The position numbers were made by a program, and so were the translations under genes. A DNA stretch of 63,366 bases, the filler included, from Rhabdomonas costata (taxonomy: Eukaryota), in assembly GCA_019059605.1 (NCBI GenBank). It is 36 parts of 36 records of this genome, joined end to end, with 100 filler letters (N's around TTAATTAATTAA, not from the genome) between each part and the next. Parts side by side here need not be neighbours in the genome. Positions count along the whole stretch, not along the records: positions 12,343 to 14,006 come from JAHMHO010011061.1; positions 14,107 to 15,770 come from JAHMHO010011062.1; positions 15,871 to 17,537 come from JAHMHO010011063.1; positions 17,638 to 19,301 come from JAHMHO010011064.1; positions 19,402 to 21,065 come from JAHMHO010011065.1; positions 21,166 to 22,824 come from JAHMHO010011066.1; positions 22,925 to 24,587 come from JAHMHO010011067.1; positions 24,688 to 26,349 come from JAHMHO010011068.1; 28 more parts are not named here. The stretch is one strand, 5' to 3'. Below the pieces are notes generated by a model that saw only the letters and a list, made by a program, of their open reading frames with translations, searched no databases and was not told the origin of the DNA. Positions 12,371 through 25,223 of the stretch are shown here, one piece after another; positions within the stretch are counted from its first letter, which is position 1, and every line of letters begins with the position of its first letter.

Positions 12371-13471
12371 TCATCCAGCTAAAGCAGACACAGCAGAGCG
12401 GATCGCTTCTGCACGCCCGGGCCAATCCCAGGGACTTTGCTGGGGACCCTCCACCGCACTAAGTGGCCAGTCCAAAAGGGCAGCATCCGTCTCGAACTTT
12501 TCACCATCAGAACGAAACCACAGCTCACCATACAGCGCCGTGAACAGTCCCACAACTACAGGTTGCTGATACAGTCGGAACCCCAGGCTCCGGTACAGCC
12601 TGCACGCCGCAGCGAATACTCCGTTGCCCAGAGTGAGTAGCCGCACTCGCTGGTACCCAAGCCTGGCGGCCTCATCAAGGGCGGTTTGCGCCAGGGCACG
12701 TCCCCAACCCTGGCGCCTCAGCGCAGGGTGCACAGAAAAGAGACATAGCTCTGCTGTGCGCGGCTCCATGGTGGGATCCTCAACGTCACATGGTCGAATG
12801 CTGACTGTCCCGGCAAAGGCAAGAAGAGAGGTGTGGCTGGCATTGGGGTTCGACGGAAAGAGGCACTCAAAAGGTAGTTTTGATATTGTTCACTCTTCGG
12901 AAGAGTCAGGAAGGTTCCTAAAAGTTGAAAACCAGATCCACCAATTTTTAAATCACAATAGGAAACGACCAACACAGCAATTCAATAGCCAGCAACCTAA
13001 CAAAACACAATTATGGGGAACACCCACTTTCAGAAAACGGCCGAGCCGCTTAACGACCCCTCTGATACAAATGATGCACAATATTTCCACTTGCGGTGGT
13101 TTACCAAATTACTCGCAATATATAAAAGAACGCACGTGTGTCAGCTTCAATGCTTCATAGTGGTTATATCACGGAAGCTTATGGAAATGGCCACTTCCCG
13201 AACCCGGCATCAACCAAAAGGTGGGTGAGTCAGCGGGCGAGGAAAAACTACTCGCCAGGAGCTGCTCGGTTGTGGGAATGCCAACCCAGCACAGCACGGA
13301 GGAAAACCCGTGGTCGTCCAGAAGTGCGGGAAAGTCCGAAGGGAGATCCTGGATCTGCGCATGTAGGGCTTCGGGAGAGAAGCTGGTGGCATCCAGGTGG
13401 TTGATCATGTGGAAGGCCCGAACGGCCTCCCGCTCGCTTGCCACTGCACGCCGTATGTTTGGAGCTGGCAT
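12371..13471 (-). CDS. GNAT-family N-acetyltransferase (2 exons, probably complete)
   Basis: ATG at 13471 (MPAPNIRRAVASE, a typical GNAT start). Exon 2 carries motif A, AELCLFSVHPALRRQGWGRAL, and AACRLYRSLGF, with the stop at 12371. Confidence 0.85.
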
Positions 13472-14171
13472 CAGAAACGTAGAGGAATTCTCGGGGAAGA
13501 GACAAAAAACACTGTACACAGAAGAAAAACTCCTGATTGGGTTCCCTCTTTCCTCACCTCTTTGCCTCACCAACTTTGCTCAGTATGTTCCGCGGTTAAG
13601 GGGCGGAGGCTACAAAGCTACGAAGCTAATATTTAAGAATTCTAAGAGTATCTGAGAGTGCCAACGAGAAGCCTTGTGCAATGCTGAGCCAATTCGAGCT
13701 TTACATACAAATTCCCTTCACCCGCATAAAAGGGGACCCCGAAAACCGAGGAAAGCAACTCTGAGGTAGTCGGGTTTCCGCCGATCACGCCAGCGTTTCA
13801 TGCCAAGCAATTCGCCGCGCCAAAGCCACTGTACTGAGTTCACAAGTGCCCTTCAAGCAGCCCGCAGCGAGGTGGGGTGGGGCAACAGTGAGACAAGCCT
13901 GACGTTTGACATATGGGCCTTCAGGGGCCAATTCCTCAATGGGCATTTCCGGCCCGGAACAGGTTCTTCTGGCGAAAAATGGACCTTCAGAGGTGCTGCA
14001 ACACACNNNNNNNNNNNNNNNNNNNNNNNNNNNNNNNNNNNNNNNNNNNNTTAATTAATTAANNNNNNNNNNNNNNNNNNNNNNNNNNNNNNNNNNNNNN
14101 NNNNNNGGTGTTGGGTGGCCCTTGATGGGAGTAGGTGTATCGGCAACTCTACAAATGGCGGTGCGTGTTAC

Positions 14172-15582
14172 CTGCTCCAGAGGGATTTGGGTGGAGACTC
14201 GCGACGCCAGCTTCGAAGTGCGCTTGTCCCACAAGCAAAGGCCATCCCGGCTGGTCACCAGGAAGCAGTCTCCTGCCAAGAGACGGACCCCCACACATAG
14301 CAGGAGAAGAGCAAACAACAAGAGTACAAGTGGGGCTGTAACGGTGAACCGCCTGACATCCGCATCAACCATGCGCCCTGCAACCTTCTCCTTGGGCAAT
14401 GGATTAAGATAGATGTGGGTGTCTTCGCGAGGCTGTGTGTGTGTGTGTGTTACTATTTCGGGTTGTTGCTGGAAGGATCTGGTATGCCGGCATGCCCCAA
14501 TTTTTATTTCAGCAGCAGGCAACACCAACCCTTCCCGGTAGGGTTGGATGAATGCTATCCACTTTTCTACGGAGGGGTTTGTGCACGGCGAGGGTTGCGC
14601 GTTGTGTCTCCAGGTGATCAAACATCTCAGTACCACGCCCAAAGAGACAAACCAGCAAATCACATCGTACGTATGAACGCATGAATGCACGTGATAAATA
14701 TACAAACACACAAAAGACAACCGCGGGGGGATAAAGGACGCCCGCAGCCGCCACACCAGAGTCTGCGTTGGGAAGCGTGCAGAACCGCACGCACTTCACC
14801 GCTCCTCCGGCGACAGGGAAGCTCGTGGGCTGCCGCACCCCGTCCGGCGCGGCCTCGAAGAGTCGCACTAGAGCCTGCGGGGACCCACTCTTCCGTGAAA
14901 CCTGACCTGTGAAAGCCGCCGCGAGCACACCCGCAGTATCGATACACACCTCTGTGTGTTCCGGTCGGTCGACAACCCCATTCTGCAGCTTGTATGACTG
15001 CAGTTAGGCTGCCGTGGGTCGGGGTGAAGGCTTCGATGTATATTCGTCGCGAGATAAGGTCCAAACTGGTTAGTTTGAGTTTCCTTAAAATTTGAGCAAT
15101 TGTGAGGGGTGGTTGGCGTGGATTGTCTGACGTCACCTTGAGAGGTGAGAGAGGTAAAAACAGAAGGAGCGAAAAAAAAGAATCTCCAACCAAAAAACCA
15201 CTGTCCTCAATTAGAGTACACTTTTTCGACTGACACGTTTTGGAGATGACGCAGACATCATGCGATGCGCTCCACTGGATTCCAGGTTGAACCCTACGGC
15301 TGGAAATTGAGAGAGGTTATCCAGTGCAGCTCGCACACCCTGGCTTGCACATCTTCAAGAGCATGTTACGAACCTTCCACCACCGGTTACCCATCGCTCC
15401 GCGAGGGAGAAAGGAAGGGAGGAGAGACGGGGAGGGGGCATGCCCAAAGCGAAGAGATGGACATCTGTGGACACATCGGCCACGTCGGTGTACAGCCCAT
15501 CCTCATGGGGGAACTCCACAATGACCTTATTGGTCTGCAGGTCGTAGAGGTACCCCGAGTCGGTTGAGCCGCACCCAAAGGC
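14172..15582 (-). CDS. WD40/beta-propeller-like protein, partial
   Basis: Exons encode SGYLYDLQTNKVIVEFPH, ALVRLFE...GGAVKCVRF and FLVTSRDGLCLWDKRTSK, which resemble WD-repeat strands. Confidence 0.5.
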
Positions 15583-16423
15583 CTGAAGGCACCCCGCACA
15601 CAACCTTACACACAACCACCCCGTTTGGGGCTTCCCGTGGCACACAGCGGTGGATGGAGCCCACTGCTTGCTAGAAGATAGAATCAAAAAAAGATCGATC
15701 CACGATGGACAGATCGACTGGCAGTGCCGAGAAGTTAAGGAAAGACCCACACCCACACCTCCACACAACANNNNNNNNNNNNNNNNNNNNNNNNNNNNNN
15801 NNNNNNNNNNNNNNTTAATTAATTAANNNNNNNNNNNNNNNNNNNNNNNNNNNNNNNNNNNNNNNNNNNNTGTTGTTGGTGCACAGGCAAAAACAGAACT
15901 GCGTGCGGCAACGCAATTTGGGGCGCGCCATGACACGGGGGAAACTGTTTCGAAGGCGTTAGTAATTAACTTCTCGTTTGCGTGTTTTCCTGAGCTCCAA
16001 TGTGCTCTTCTACGTTTTTTTTCCACGTGATGCGAATCCGAGCGTCCCTTCCCGCGTGCCATTCTTTCTGCCTGCAGGAATCCCCTCTCCTGTTTCTCCA
16101 CCTTCCCTTGCTATACTGTACGTACATTCTTTGCTCTTCTATTCCCTTATCTTGATGAGGTTGTTTTTTTGTCGGAGGCTGGAGGCCAACATGTTTGCGG
16201 ACTACTGGCACCACCTATGTACGGGCATGCCCTGTAGACTGCGGTTGTGCAGACCCCAAAATGGGGTAAACATTTTTTTCGACGGCTTTCAATATCATTC
16301 AGCGCAAATTGTTAACATCACCGCTCAGAAAACAAGTCCAGCAATCCGCGCAGAGCGACACAAAGAGCGGTGGTGGGGGAGCTCAAGGCGGAGGAAACGG
16401 TGGGGAGAGAAATATGTGCAGGC

Positions 16424-16849
16424 CTGCCAGCCCGGTGGCAGTCAAAAGGGCCATGAAGTACGTGGACTCCAGGCCGCTGGGGGCCAAGGTGTCGGCGTAC
16501 ACGGGGCCGCTGACGTTGACTAGTACCTGAGAGCGTCCCGAGGGTGAGGCCAGGGAAAGACCGCGAAGAGAGAGGGAGAGTGCTTGCCATTTGATCACGT
16601 GGTCTCCAGGCCCAGGCGCGTGCTTGAAAGTGAGGCTGAGGAAAGGATGAGGATGCATAAGTTGCAAAAATCTAGTCGACAATTACTCATAAAAAAAAGG
16701 TCGCGAGAGAGATGTGGAGCTCATCGCACCTGTGCCACCACAGCAGAGGCGCACAGCATGGCATTGGTGGCGCCTTTGGGGAGGAGGTATCCACAGGCGT
16801 CGTAGTGAGAGTGAGCCTGGACGTCCGGCATGATGTCCATTAGGTGGGC
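16424..16849 (-). CDS. Hypothetical protein exons
   Basis: Phase-0 joined exons AHLMDIMPDV...SAVVAQ | VLVNVSGPVYADTLAPSGLESTYFMALLTATGLA. Confidence 0.35.
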
Positions 16850-17713
16850 CTGCACCGCGGTGGGAGGGCAATCACCACAAAAAGACACTCAAAGTGGCAT
16901 GCATATATATGTGCATATCGTTTCGGCGTTACTTTCGTTGTGCACCACGCTTCCCTTTTAGGTGTTTATTTGAGATGCTTTCGCTTTATGACCTTCTGGA
17001 TACAGTTGGAAATGATAAGAAACGAGCACATCCGAGACGGCTACTTTCAGTGATTCTCGTGCGTGGATTTTGTTATTCTTCTCACCTGGGGTTAGGGAGC
17101 ATTACCTATGTTCGGATTTTGTTATTCTTCTCGCATGAAGTTAGGGAGCTTTTCATATTTTCACTGTGGAAAACAACGAAAGTAATGCCATCGTTTCTTG
17201 TCTGCGGAAAGGAGTGTCGTAAAAACCACCTTGAACATCATGATGACTGCATTGCATTAGCACAGGAGGAGGAAAGAAGCTTCCTTTGCACGTTGGCCAT
17301 CATTCTTACTGGATGCTGTTTACCCTCATTTCCAGAGGGAACTATGTCGCCGCGACAGTCCAACCCATTCTGCCCCATTCCCCGCATGCAAAGCAAACCT
17401 GCTCCACTTCCAGCGGAGAGGGCTGCGAGGGAACCTTCCCGATAGGCACGCCTTTGTGGTAGTGGTGGAGATGCGGCAACAGCTGCGGGGACAGCAGCAG
17501 AGAGCTGCTGCCACCCACCACCCAAACACACCCACACNNNNNNNNNNNNNNNNNNNNNNNNNNNNNNNNNNNNNNNNNNNNTTAATTAATTAANNNNNNN
17601 NNNNNNNNNNNNNNNNNNNNNNNNNNNNNNNNNNNNNGGGGTGTGTGCTCATTGCGTTCTGTGGGCGATCCCGGTTGCATCGGTGATGCTGAAAATGGAA
17701 CAAAAATAAACAG

Positions 17714-19290
17714 CGCGGTCGCTGCCGCATACTCCGATCGAGCTGGCCGAGGTGCGGGCTGCCACTGGGCGGGCGGCAGACCACCGGGTCTGCGACGGCT
17801 GCCTGGCAAAGCTCCCTCTCAGCGAGTTTACGGGGCCTGACCAGTGGCTCTGCCCGCGATGCTGCGCCCATCCCCCCACTGCAGGCGGTTTCTACCACGT
17901 CACGCCCACACCCTCCCACATCCGCACTCACTCACCGCCGCGTTCATGTGAAGAGAGCAACGTCAAATGCCACGGGTGTTTTGAGAGTAGTGCATTTGTT
18001 TGTGCGTTCGATCATTTGGCTGACAACACTCGTGCAATGCAAAAGTATGACTGCAGAAGTGAAGTGATGAAGTAAGAGAAAGGTGGTGCGGTTGTTGGTG
18101 TGCAGGGTATGCGAAAAGACTTGCGTTGGGGTTGTGATGTATTTTTGCGCAGCAACTGTCCGTCTTGCTGCTGTGCCGGAAGCAGCCCTTCCTTCAAGTC
18201 CAGCAGCCATGGGTACTTCCACCCACACAGCCATGTTCTTCGTGTCTTTTCGCAGCGTCACATTAGCAGTATTATCATAACTGACAAGCAATAAACGGAT
18301 TACAGGCCCACCTCGTGTAAAGAAAGAGTCAAGAGCTGGAGTTTTGCCCTTTCCAGAAACATCTCGTTTGTGTTTGCTTCGAGCCTGTGGTGCGCTTGTA
18401 ATGCATTGCAACTTGGGTGCCTGTTTTTCCTTGTGCCCAAACACAGCCTGGGGAGTTAGGGACGCCTTGCTGGATACCCGGGGGGCTTTTCCACCTCTCC
18501 AGAACATTGTCCCCGAGTGCCTTGACAAATGACCGTCCAAATTTCCCCACCCCCACGGTAAGAATGGCTCTGGTAAGAGTGGCTAAAGATAAGCTGTCCT
18601 TTTTCTCTAATTTGCTGAAATGGCCTCCTTTGCATGACCCATCTTCTGTATGTTCTCTGAACACGGCAGGAGATAAATGGGCCGGATAAGTGCTACTGAT
18701 TGGTTAAAGAGATATAGGGGAGATGTGGGGCTTCGTTATTGCTTTCCTCTTTTTTTTTTTTTTGCGAACCGTAATTTCAGTTAACCTGCAAGCGAGAACC
18801 AGTCCATTCCTTCATCGCTTCGGTTGCCCTTTGGGCGCCGCCAAGGGGCGAGGGTGGGTATTGGCCTGAGGATGCAGAGAACGGCCACGCACCGTTTCGG
18901 AGGACCCACTGTACACAGGAGAGAACCCGGGCCTGCTTCGGCTTTGCCCTCCAACGAGTCCGATTCATCAGCCACCTGCATTGCCTTGTAGCCTCTTTGA
19001 TTTTGCTTAGATACGTCTTTTCGTTCTTCTCTGTTTCTGTTCTCAAAAGAAGAGGCGAATCGGCGCATGTGCTCCGATGAATTTTTCTCCGTTCGCTCCG
19101 TATCCACACCACACCCGCACTCGTCCATGGGCACAGGGCTGCAGAGGGCCTCCCGCAACGTGGTTCGACTATGCGCGCAGTGCTACCGGGAGGACGTCAC
19201 CGTTCCGGTTTCGGACGTGTTCCCCCTGTGCCGTGGATGCGCTGCGGGTCGAGGTTTGTACCCCCTTCGCCTCCAGCTCAAGCGCACGCG
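17714..19290 (+). CDS. Zinc-finger-containing protein, partial
   Basis: Two GC-rich exon-like segments carry paired CxxC motifs: VCDGCLAK...WLCPRC (about 17780-17870) and LCAQCYRE...PLCRGC (about 19170-19245). Confidence 0.4.
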
Positions 19291-19409
19291 CACACACACG
19301 GNNNNNNNNNNNNNNNNNNNNNNNNNNNNNNNNNNNNNNNNNNNNTTAATTAATTAANNNNNNNNNNNNNNNNNNNNNNNNNNNNNNNNNNNNNNNNNNN
19401 NGGTTGGGG

Positions 19410-19599
19410 GTCACAGCTCAGAAATAAGCTGAATCGCTGAATTGATGAGAAGGCAGAACAGAACACTGAGCACAAAAATAGGACAAAAGGCATTTTTCTC
19501 CGGTACCGTGAACCAATGCCTTTTGTCCTATTTTTGTGCTCAGTGTTCTGTTCTGCCTTCTCATCAATTCAGCGATTCAGCTTATTTCTGAGCTGTGAC
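19410..19599. repeat. About 85-bp perfect inverted repeat at contig start (probable amplification fold-back)
   Basis: 19410-19494 is the reverse complement of 19515-19599, with a 20-nt loop. It begins immediately after the G/T primer-like end. Confidence 0.8.
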
Positions 19600-19761
19600 T
19601 CCCAGGCCCTTCCATTCAAACGAAAACAGTTGCGAAAGCAGCCGACTGCTCAGCAACACGGAAGTAAAACGGAAACAGAAGTGAGGGTAATCATCAAATT
19701 GCTTTTTTGTGGTGAAGTAGCTGAAAATTGGCGGGACCCCAAAGAGGAAAGGCCATCTTAC

Positions 19762-20567
19762 CTCTGCTGCACCGGAGTAGTTCCCGCACTCGTACTGGAA
19801 CTTCGCGTACTGATACATGCTGTCCAGAGTCTTCTCCGAAATCCCGTACATCTTGTCCAGGTAGTCCAGGTTGAAGTTAAGTGTGCTGGGCAATCAACGA
19901 GGGAAAACCACACATGCATACAACTCACCTATCCTCCTCTGTGTGCATGTATGCATCAAGGTGCCTCGCACAATTTTAACGAGCCGGGACGGGTGGTGTG
20001 TAGGTGCAGAATTTCACCTCGTGTTCGCAGAGAAAAAACCGGGGGGGGGGCGCACACATACACACACCTTTTCAGGACTTTCATCCGCTCCGAGCCTTCG
20101 TCACCACTAAAGACCTCCAGGAAGACGCGGATGTCACCCTGCAGCCGCCGCAAGTTATCCACAACTTGCTGCCGCTTCTCTCTCATGGCCTGAAAGACGG
20201 GAGCGAAGGAAGACAGAAGCATAGACCAAATAAAAAAACACTCGCACCCACAACGACTTCGACAAAGACGTTCTCTTGCACAGGAAACTGCGTAGAAACA
20301 AACAAAAAACCCAGGTGGGGGGTCCGCTTCAGGTATATCATCATAGCTGGCTTCCGAGACCTGTGGGACATCGTCAGTTTTGTTGACATCTCTGTAGATC
20401 TCCGCGCAGTAGTCAATCATGTTGGTTTTCGCCAGGAGGGCGATCTTGGCATCAAGGATCTCAGTGGTAGGGTGGATTTCCTTGGCCTGCAGGAAGTCAA
20501 GCAGAGGGAGGATAAGGTGGCGGTCCAGGAACTGGGAGAGCTGCTTGGTGAGGTCGTACGTGGCCAT
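19762..20567 (-). CDS. EIF3E: Translation initiation factor 3 subunit E, 5' part (3 exons)
   Basis: Exons 20567-20361, 20189-20068 and 19885-19762, all GT-AG and in phase. They encode MATYDLTKQLSQFLDRHLILPLLDFL...KTNMIDY and YQYAKFQYECGNYSGAAE. Confidence 0.96.
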
Positions 20568-22924
20568 CTTGGAGGGGGCTTGGAGGGGGTTACCCTAGAC
20601 AACTGCACCGCCCTCGGGGACACACGAACTTGAAGTGTGCTGACCGCCGCGCCTCAGGGAAAAATAAAAGAACTCAAAAACAAAGAAGGCTGGTAAACAG
20701 CAACCAAAAACTATAAGGGCGCTTGTTAAAAGAGGTGCACTATTACAAATGGAATGTAAACCCAGTGTCAAATGACGGCACCACCACAAAATCAACCCCC
20801 AAAAGGGCCCGAAAAGAGCTTATATGGACCTTTCTATCCCTTCATAGATAGAGTCCTCCTCCTGCACAAGAATACGAAGCATGCTAATTTCAGGAGTTAA
20901 TCCAAAATTGCAAGCCTTCACGGAAACTCTAGATAGACAGCAACTCCTGCATCGCGCTTTTATAGCAAATGCAGACTACATAACGTTTCGAAGTTTCACC
21001 GAGTTTTACCCATCACACCCATCGTCAAACCATGGCAGAATAATCGCGAGCCCCCCAACCACCACNNNNNNNNNNNNNNNNNNNNNNNNNNNNNNNNNNN
21101 NNNNNNNNNTTAATTAATTAANNNNNNNNNNNNNNNNNNNNNNNNNNNNNNNNNNNNNNNNNNNNGGGGTTTTTTCGCATTGGTTGGCTCTTGTTGCTTT
21201 CACACACTGTTTACAAAAGGTTCAAGCTCATTCTCGGATTATCCAAGAATGAGCTTGAACCTTTTGTAAACAGTGTGCGAAAGGAACAGGAGCCAACCAA
21301 TGCGAAAATGCACCTGTGCAGTGACAAACTCCCGGCTACCACCCATCCAGACATAGTCCTGCGGCAGGTTACAGTGTGCTACCTTTCGTTTCCTGCGGTC
21401 GCACTTCTCTTCTCGCACAGACTGCCAGAGTCCTCACGCCCGAGACAATTGCATGAAATCCAGTGCTACCCAGCCGTAACCGCACACACCTGAGTTCCCT
21501 CCTCCCTGGCACGCCCAGCTGGGGGCCCAGAGACCACTTTCGGAAGCCCCGCAATCACCCCACCGTGGACCTGAGGATGCATTATAATACAAGGAGTATT
21601 TGGGAGGCCTGGCTGAACAAATTAGTGAGTGATACCTACCTGTACTTGCTCCATCGGGTGCTGATTACAAGATGTCAGTGTAAGAACTTTGGCACAGCCC
21701 CAAACTTGTCATACAAAAAGAATACAGAAATGTAAACCTGACCGAAAAGCAGAGGATTGACACCGGGACAACGAGTATGCACCAAAACCAATGGCCTGAA
21801 CTCTATATACTATATAGTTTGTAGCTTGAAAATCCATACACGCCATCGAGTTTGTGGGTACCAGCAACACAAAAAATGAAAGAAAATGCAGGGTGGTTGC
21901 AGATGAAAGCAGTAATGCGCCCCAAAAACGTACAAACCAGATTTGGGGGGTGGCCATGGCATGTGCGGGGGGCCTCATTGTCCGGAACAGAGGGGAAAAC
22001 CTCGCTGAGCAGGTCATCGAGGCTATTGCCAGTGCTGATGCTGTTGCTGCTGCTGCTGGCAATGGTGGTGGTGTTCACCATCACACCTGAACGGGCACAC
22101 CCAAATACCAAAGGTATGCAAAAACTTCAGCTACGCCTTGTGCAAGCGCATCAGTGAGATGAAAAAAAAGTCTTGTGAACCCCTTCAGACTTGTATCTCT
22201 CCCTGAACCAACGTGCTCAAAGCTCTAGGGCAGCCCGTTTTTCCCTCGGCTGAGAGCTCCAGTCCGTTCGTGCAGTTTTCCCCTGGGAACAACTGCATTC
22301 CCAAGTGTGCAACAAAAGTCCAACGTACAGGGTGAAAACGCAGCGTCCGGGTTCGGATAAGGTTCATTTCTTTTGACGGGTTTGGTCAGCGTGCTTTTTC
22401 GCGTTGCTTCAGCTCTCTCTTTAGTTCTCTTTAGTGTCAAGGGAACTGACGCACTGTCTGCCTTGTTTGTTTGTTCTTTGCTTCTGTGGTTGTGGATCCC
22501 TATCCACCCCCAACCAAACGCAGGAATGTCTCACTGAAAAATAAGGGGTAAAGTGGGCACGGGATGAAGTCCTGGCGGCATTCCGTCCATCGCCCGGCGA
22601 CCCTTTTTGCACACCTCTCAGCTGCCTCTTCCCGTGCAGTCCATTTCTACTGCAGTTTTCATATGTGTGGGTGGTTTGGTGGGTACCTCACTTTCGGTGC
22701 ATCACTTTCAGGACGCAGACTGCCAACCCGAGCTTCGGCTTAGGGGTCTCAAGATGCTATGGCAGTGGCACATCCCGAGCTCCAACCTCCCGACCTGCCC
22801 CCCGCCGCCCTGGGACACCCCACANNNNNNNNNNNNNNNNNNNNNNNNNNNNNNNNNNNNNNNNNNNNTTAATTAATTAANNNNNNNNNNNNNNNNNNNN
22901 NNNNNNNNNNNNNNNNNNNNNNNN

Positions 22925-23056
22925 CCAGGGTCCCAGTGCTGGATCGACGCCACGTCCGGGTCCAAGCTGAAGATCACCGCGTGCGGGGAGGCCTGCCGCA
23001 AAAGCCACGTCGAGGCACCGAAGTGGATCCCGTTCTCCACAATGAACGCCGGCTGC
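22925..23056 (-). CDS. Class I SAM-dependent methyltransferase-like exon
   Basis: After the acceptor tgtgcAG it encodes QPAFIVENGIHFGASTWLLRQASPHAVIFSLDP, fitting motif I (vE.G...G.ST) and the post-I strand (i.slD). Confidence 0.55.
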
Positions 23057-23688
23057 CTGCACATAACAATGCGGGGAAAAAGGCTCTGGCTCCGAGGACA
23101 ATGGTTCTGTAAAGGTCCACCACGCTCGATTCCGGCCCATGCAAACACTAAAATGGGCCCCAAAAGGGGTCCGGTCTATTTTTGGGGGGCCTAGGGGGGA
23201 CCTCAGGTCCTCCCCACCCGTTCCAAGTGCACGCGCTGTTGAACCCTCAGTTTTCGACTGTCGTTGCCTCCGAGAGCCTTACCGGCTGTTCTTTTTCCGG
23301 GTTGGTCTTATCTTTATTTTAATTTATTTACATTTAATTGGGGGGGGGGGGCACCGGACGTGCCTGATATCGGTCTCTTGCTTTCGCTGAGAACATGTCC
23401 TTGAGAGGCTATCTCTATGGTTGTGGGTAATAAACGTAGACGAGTTAAAAGAGCGTGCTCTGCGGAGATGTCAAGCATCTTTTCGATATTAACGCAGTGC
23501 GCAGTGCCCAAGCACCTACTTCGGGTCTGATGCGCTTCGGAGAGATCGTTAATAACAATCGCTTTTTCCGGAAATGGTGTTGCATTGCATGAAGCTGTTT
23601 TCAACTGAAAACAAAAGTGACACTTGGCTTTGAAAAATGACGATCCCTTCTGATGCGCATGTGTCGCCCATTTTTTCTTTCCCAACAG

Positions 23689-24404
23689 AGGACGTGGTGT
23701 GCCTACAGACCCTGTCGCTGTCCGCGCAGAAGATCAGCGCGGCGGCGGTGAGCCCAAGCGGGGAGTGGCTCGCGTTCGGCAGCGCTAAGCTGGGGCAGCT
23801 CCTGGTATGGGAGTGGCGCAGCGAGACCTACGTCCTCCGCCAGCAGGCCCACCGCGCGGGCGACGTCAGTGTGGTCGCGCTCAGCCCCGACGGCAGCCTG
23901 GTGGCCACCGGAGGCGACGACGGTAAGGTCAAAGGTACACCTCAATTCTCCCTTGCCACCCACCCCCAATTCTCAGCTCTAATTCCGTTTTCGAGGGAAA
24001 AAGATTCCTCAAAGCCCAAAGAAGCGGACGTGTTTACGATGTCTTGGGGTGGCCATTGTAACAGTGAACGAAGACCCGCCTTCCTTCGCGTGATCCCACG
24101 ACGAGACAGTGAGCCGATTTCGGCATGTTTAGTTGTGTAAGACTACTCGCTGATACAATTTGGGGACCCCCCCGATTAAGTGCATTTTGGGAAGAGCGGT
24201 TGTGGCCACGCGTTTGTGCTTCTCGCAGTGTGGCGCGGCACCCGGGGCTTCTGCGTGGTGACCTTCCGGGAGCACACCGCAGGGGTGGTGGCGCTGCAGT
24301 TCAACGCGCAGAACGCGCTGTTCTCGGCCTCCCTGGACGGCACCGTGCGGGCGTACGACCTGCTGAGGTACCGTAACTTCAGGGTCTTCACCACGCCCAA
24401 GCCG
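23689..24404 (+). CDS. PWP2: Periodic tryptophan protein 2 (UTP1), internal exons
   Basis: Exons about 23689-23934 and 24229-24404 encode GEWLAFGSAKLGQLLVWEWRSETYVLRQQAH, ATGGDDGKVKVW, GFCVVTFREH and SASLDGTVRAYDLLRYRNFRVFTTP. Confidence 0.95.
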
Positions 24405-25095
24405 GTGCCCACCCCACCGCCCCCTCCACTTTCCACACTGCGGACCATCGCACTTCCTGCTTATTTGGCTTCGGCAACGGAGTGACGAATGCTTTCATCG
24501 GCGGTGCCCGGGAGACTTAAAAACAGGCTATATCACTGATGCTTCGTAAGGCCAATAAAACTAAGCAGCTGCGCGCTACCCACCACCNNNNNNNNNNNNN
24601 NNNNNNNNNNNNNNNNNNNNNNNNNNNNNNNTTAATTAATTAANNNNNNNNNNNNNNNNNNNNNNNNNNNNNNNNNNNNNNNNNNNNGGTTGGGTGGCAC
24701 ATCAAGAACCTTAAGAACATTTTTTATCCCGAAGCAAGTGGGCCCGCCGCATGTCTGTAAAAGTTCACCTGTTCTTTTGCGCGCATGAGTCAGATGATGT
24801 CATTGGGCTCAAGTTGTTGTTTCTGTGTGTTTCTCTCTGTGTGTGTGCGTGCGTGTATGTGCTGGTGTTTGTGCTTCTGCATGTGCGTGTCTTTGTGTGC
24901 GTGAATCTGCAGTACATTGCAGTGCATTTCCGCGATTGACCATCACTATTGGAACCCGTCTTTTGATGATGGGTCACTTATCCTACATTGACCCATTCAT
25001 GTAGATCTTCTTGCGAGGTTTGCGGCGGGTCTTTGATTTGTATTTGAGTTTGCTCCATCGACTTGCATAAGCTTGGGGGTGGGGATGCGTCACAG

Positions 25096-25223
25096 ACTGC
25101 GAGCTGTTCATTGACGAGGAGGCGATGCAGGTCCGTGTGTTTGGGGAGTCCGAAGGCCGGGAGAAGGCCCTCGAGCAGCTCGCTGCCATCATCGCTGAGC
25201 GAGAGCGGCCAATTTCCTCGCGG
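25096..25223 (+). CDS. KH-like domain exon
   Basis: CELFIDEEAMQVRVFGESEGREKALEQLAAII resembles the C-terminal half of a type I KH fold. The segment is AG/GT bounded. Confidence 0.4.
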
